NCBI GenBank assembly: GCA_963575745.1 | Contig: CAUYUJ010000142.1 | Location: forward strand, 62,001 to 117,686 | Origin: Prorocentrum cordatum | Taxonomy: Eukaryota | Reading direction: 5' to 3' | DNA: 55,686 nucleotides | Part shown: positions 52,651-55,686 of the stretch, piece by piece | How positions within the stretch are numbered: the first letter of the stretch is position 1 | Layout of the letters: each line of letters opens with the position of its first letter | Translations under genes and position numbers: made by a program | The notes under the pieces: generated by a model | What the model was told of the DNA's origin: nothing | What the model saw: the letters and a program-made list of their open reading frames with translations, nothing else | Databases searched by the model: none

Positions 52651-53640
52651 GCCAACGCCACACCACGCTTCCGCACATACAGACATTCTCTCCAAACCTT
52701 CGTTTCCTTCAGTGTAACCCGATGTGATAACCACCGGGTCCCCTTGGCACGAGGCCCACCTGGAGGGGAACCAGGGCCCGCTTTCGCGGGACTTTCCCCG
52801 GCCGCACAGCGTGGCGCGGCCAGGCGCCCAGCCGGAGCTGGGGCTTCCACAACAGCTAGCTGCCAAGGGAGAGGAGACTCCCGAGCGCCCGCTGCATAGG
52901 TCCTTTTTTTAGCCTCGGTAGGATCGAGGTGCCCTTCACTACTATCTCTCTCGGAGAGTGGAGACTCCCGAGCGACTGCCGTGAAGTGTCGATGAACCCC
53001 GGTGTGGTTAACCCGGGGGTGTCCGCGCATCGCACCCGCGGAGGGAGAGCCGGCATCAACCAGCATTTCTCTCGATCACTCGAGAGCACAACCGCGTACG
53101 CGGCCGAGCCTTCCCCCACAGCGTGCTCGAAAGCTTCTGCGGGCTCCAGCGTTTCCTCAGATTGCTCTGAGGCACACCCCGAAGGGCGGCCCGGGCAGGA
53201 GATCCCAGGTCTTGAAGAGAGAGGTTCCCGGGTTCTCACCGGGCACGCCGCAGTCCCCGGAGGGAGCCACAGCTCTGCTGGGCTTTCACCAACTCCCCCA
53301 CCGCCTCCCGGAGGAAGCAGCAGAAGGTCGTCGCGGGTTTGCACCGGACGCGCCGCACTCCGCGCAGGGACGCACGACTCTGCTAGGCTTGCACCAGCTC
53401 CCCCACCGCCACCCGGAGTCAGCAGCAGGTCCTGGGCTTTCACCAGGTGCCCCGCCATCTCCTGTGAGACAGCAGATCTCCCTCGGGTTAGCCCCGAAGG
53501 TAGGCCCCAGAGCCCGCCGCCGCTCCCTGCGGAACGACTGCAGACCCCCGGGCCGCGCTAGAAGCTCACGGCTCCTTGAGCCTAAAGGAAGAGAAGGAGG
53601 AGCGCCTGTGGAGGCTGCGCGGCGGCGGCGGCCCCCCCCC

Positions 53641-54690
<1,050 letters not shown>

Positions 54691-55686
54691 CCCCAGCCGC
54701 GGCCGCGGCCGGAGCCGCAGCCGCGGCCGCGGCCGCGGCTGGAAGAAAAAACCACCGCGAAAAATTCCCGATAGTTTTCCCCCTCCCAGCCGCAGCCACA
54801 GCCAGAGCCGCAGCCGCGGCCGCGGCCGCGGCTGGGAGAGGAAAACCACCGCGAAAAATCCGCGATAATTTCCTCCTCCCAGCCGCGGCCCCAGCCACAG
54901 CCAGAGCCGCAGCCGCGGCCGCGGCCGCGGCTGGAAAAGGAAAACCACCGCGAAAAATTCGCGATAGTTCCCCCCTCCCAGCCGCGGCCGACGCCACAGC
55001 CAGAGCCGCAGCCGCGGCCGCGGCCGCGGCTGGAAGAAGAAAACCAGCGCGAACAATTCGCGATAGTTCCCCCCTCCCAGCCGCAGCCGCAGCCGCAGCC
55101 GCGGCCGCGGCTGGAAGAAGAAAACCACCGCGAAAAAATCGCAATAGTTTCCCCCTCCCAGCCGCGGCTGGAAGAAAAAAACACCGCGAAAAAATCGCGA
55201 TAGTTTCCCCCTCCCAGCCGCGGCCGCAGCCGTAGCCGCAGCCGCGGCCGCGGCCGCGGCTGGAAAAGAAAAACCACCGCGAAAAATTCGCGATAGTTTC
55301 CCCCTCCCAGCCGCGGCCGCAGCCACAGCCAGAGCCGCAGCCGCGGCCGCGACCGCGGCTGGAAGAAGAAAACCACCGCGAAAAATTCGCGAAAGTTTCC
55401 CCCTCCCAGCCGCGGCCACAGCCGCAGCCGCAGCCGCGGCCGCGCCTGGAAGAGGAAAACCACCGCGAAAAATTCGCGATAATTTCCCCCTCCCAGCCGC
55501 GGCCACAGCCACAGCCAGAGCCGCATACGCGGCCGCGGCCGCGGCTGGAAGAAGAAAACCACCGCGAAAAAATCGCATAGTTTTCCCCCTCCCATCCGCG
55601 GCCGCAGCCGCAGCCGCAGCCGCACGGGTGCCCGCGGCTGGAAAGAAGACAAACCACGCCGAAAAATTCGCGATAGTTTCCCCCTC
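54691..55686. repeat. Tandem minisatellite of variable length (55-110 bp) with two hairpins per unit; runs off the window
   Basis: Unit: gaaaaccacCGCGAaaaatTCGCGatagtttccccctcCCAGCCGCGG(ccgcag)nCCGCGGCTGG; about 11 units. Confidence 0.95.

Noticed and set aside
52975..53030. SECIS or hammerhead-like stem (gatgaaccccgg...ccgggggt)
   Set aside because: Lacks the 3' GA quartet of SECIS and the CUGANGA/GAAA hammerhead core.

Overview
Eukaryotic repeat-rich DNA, most likely dinoflagellate (inferred from relics of the spliced-leader end TTTTGGCTCAAG); no ordinary host gene was recognised. From left to right: (1) 1-1060, the 5' part of a non-LTR retrotransposon (ORF1 on the - strand, running off the window). 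(2) 1640-17767, a nest of short non-autonomous Helitron2/Helentron (HLE2)-type elements with asymmetric terminal inverted repeats, a 3' GC hairpin and internal ~176-bp repeats. (3) 6443-12205, inserted in that nest, a near-full-length degenerate LINE (ORF1, APE, RT with WADN, and an apparently circularly permuted RNase H). (4) From 17768, a probable giant (>33 kb) HLE2 with the same 3' terminus. It contains a 16-kb (CAGACACA)n array punctuated by copies of a GC hairpin cassette, then a frameshifted ~16-kb - strand coding region: Zn fingers, DUF6570-like, HUH Rep, PIF1 helicase, degenerate C48-like, APE endonuclease and a USP-type (C19) protease. (5) Tandem repeats and (GTC)n at the right end. 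All domain calls come from motif recognition by eye, not database searches.
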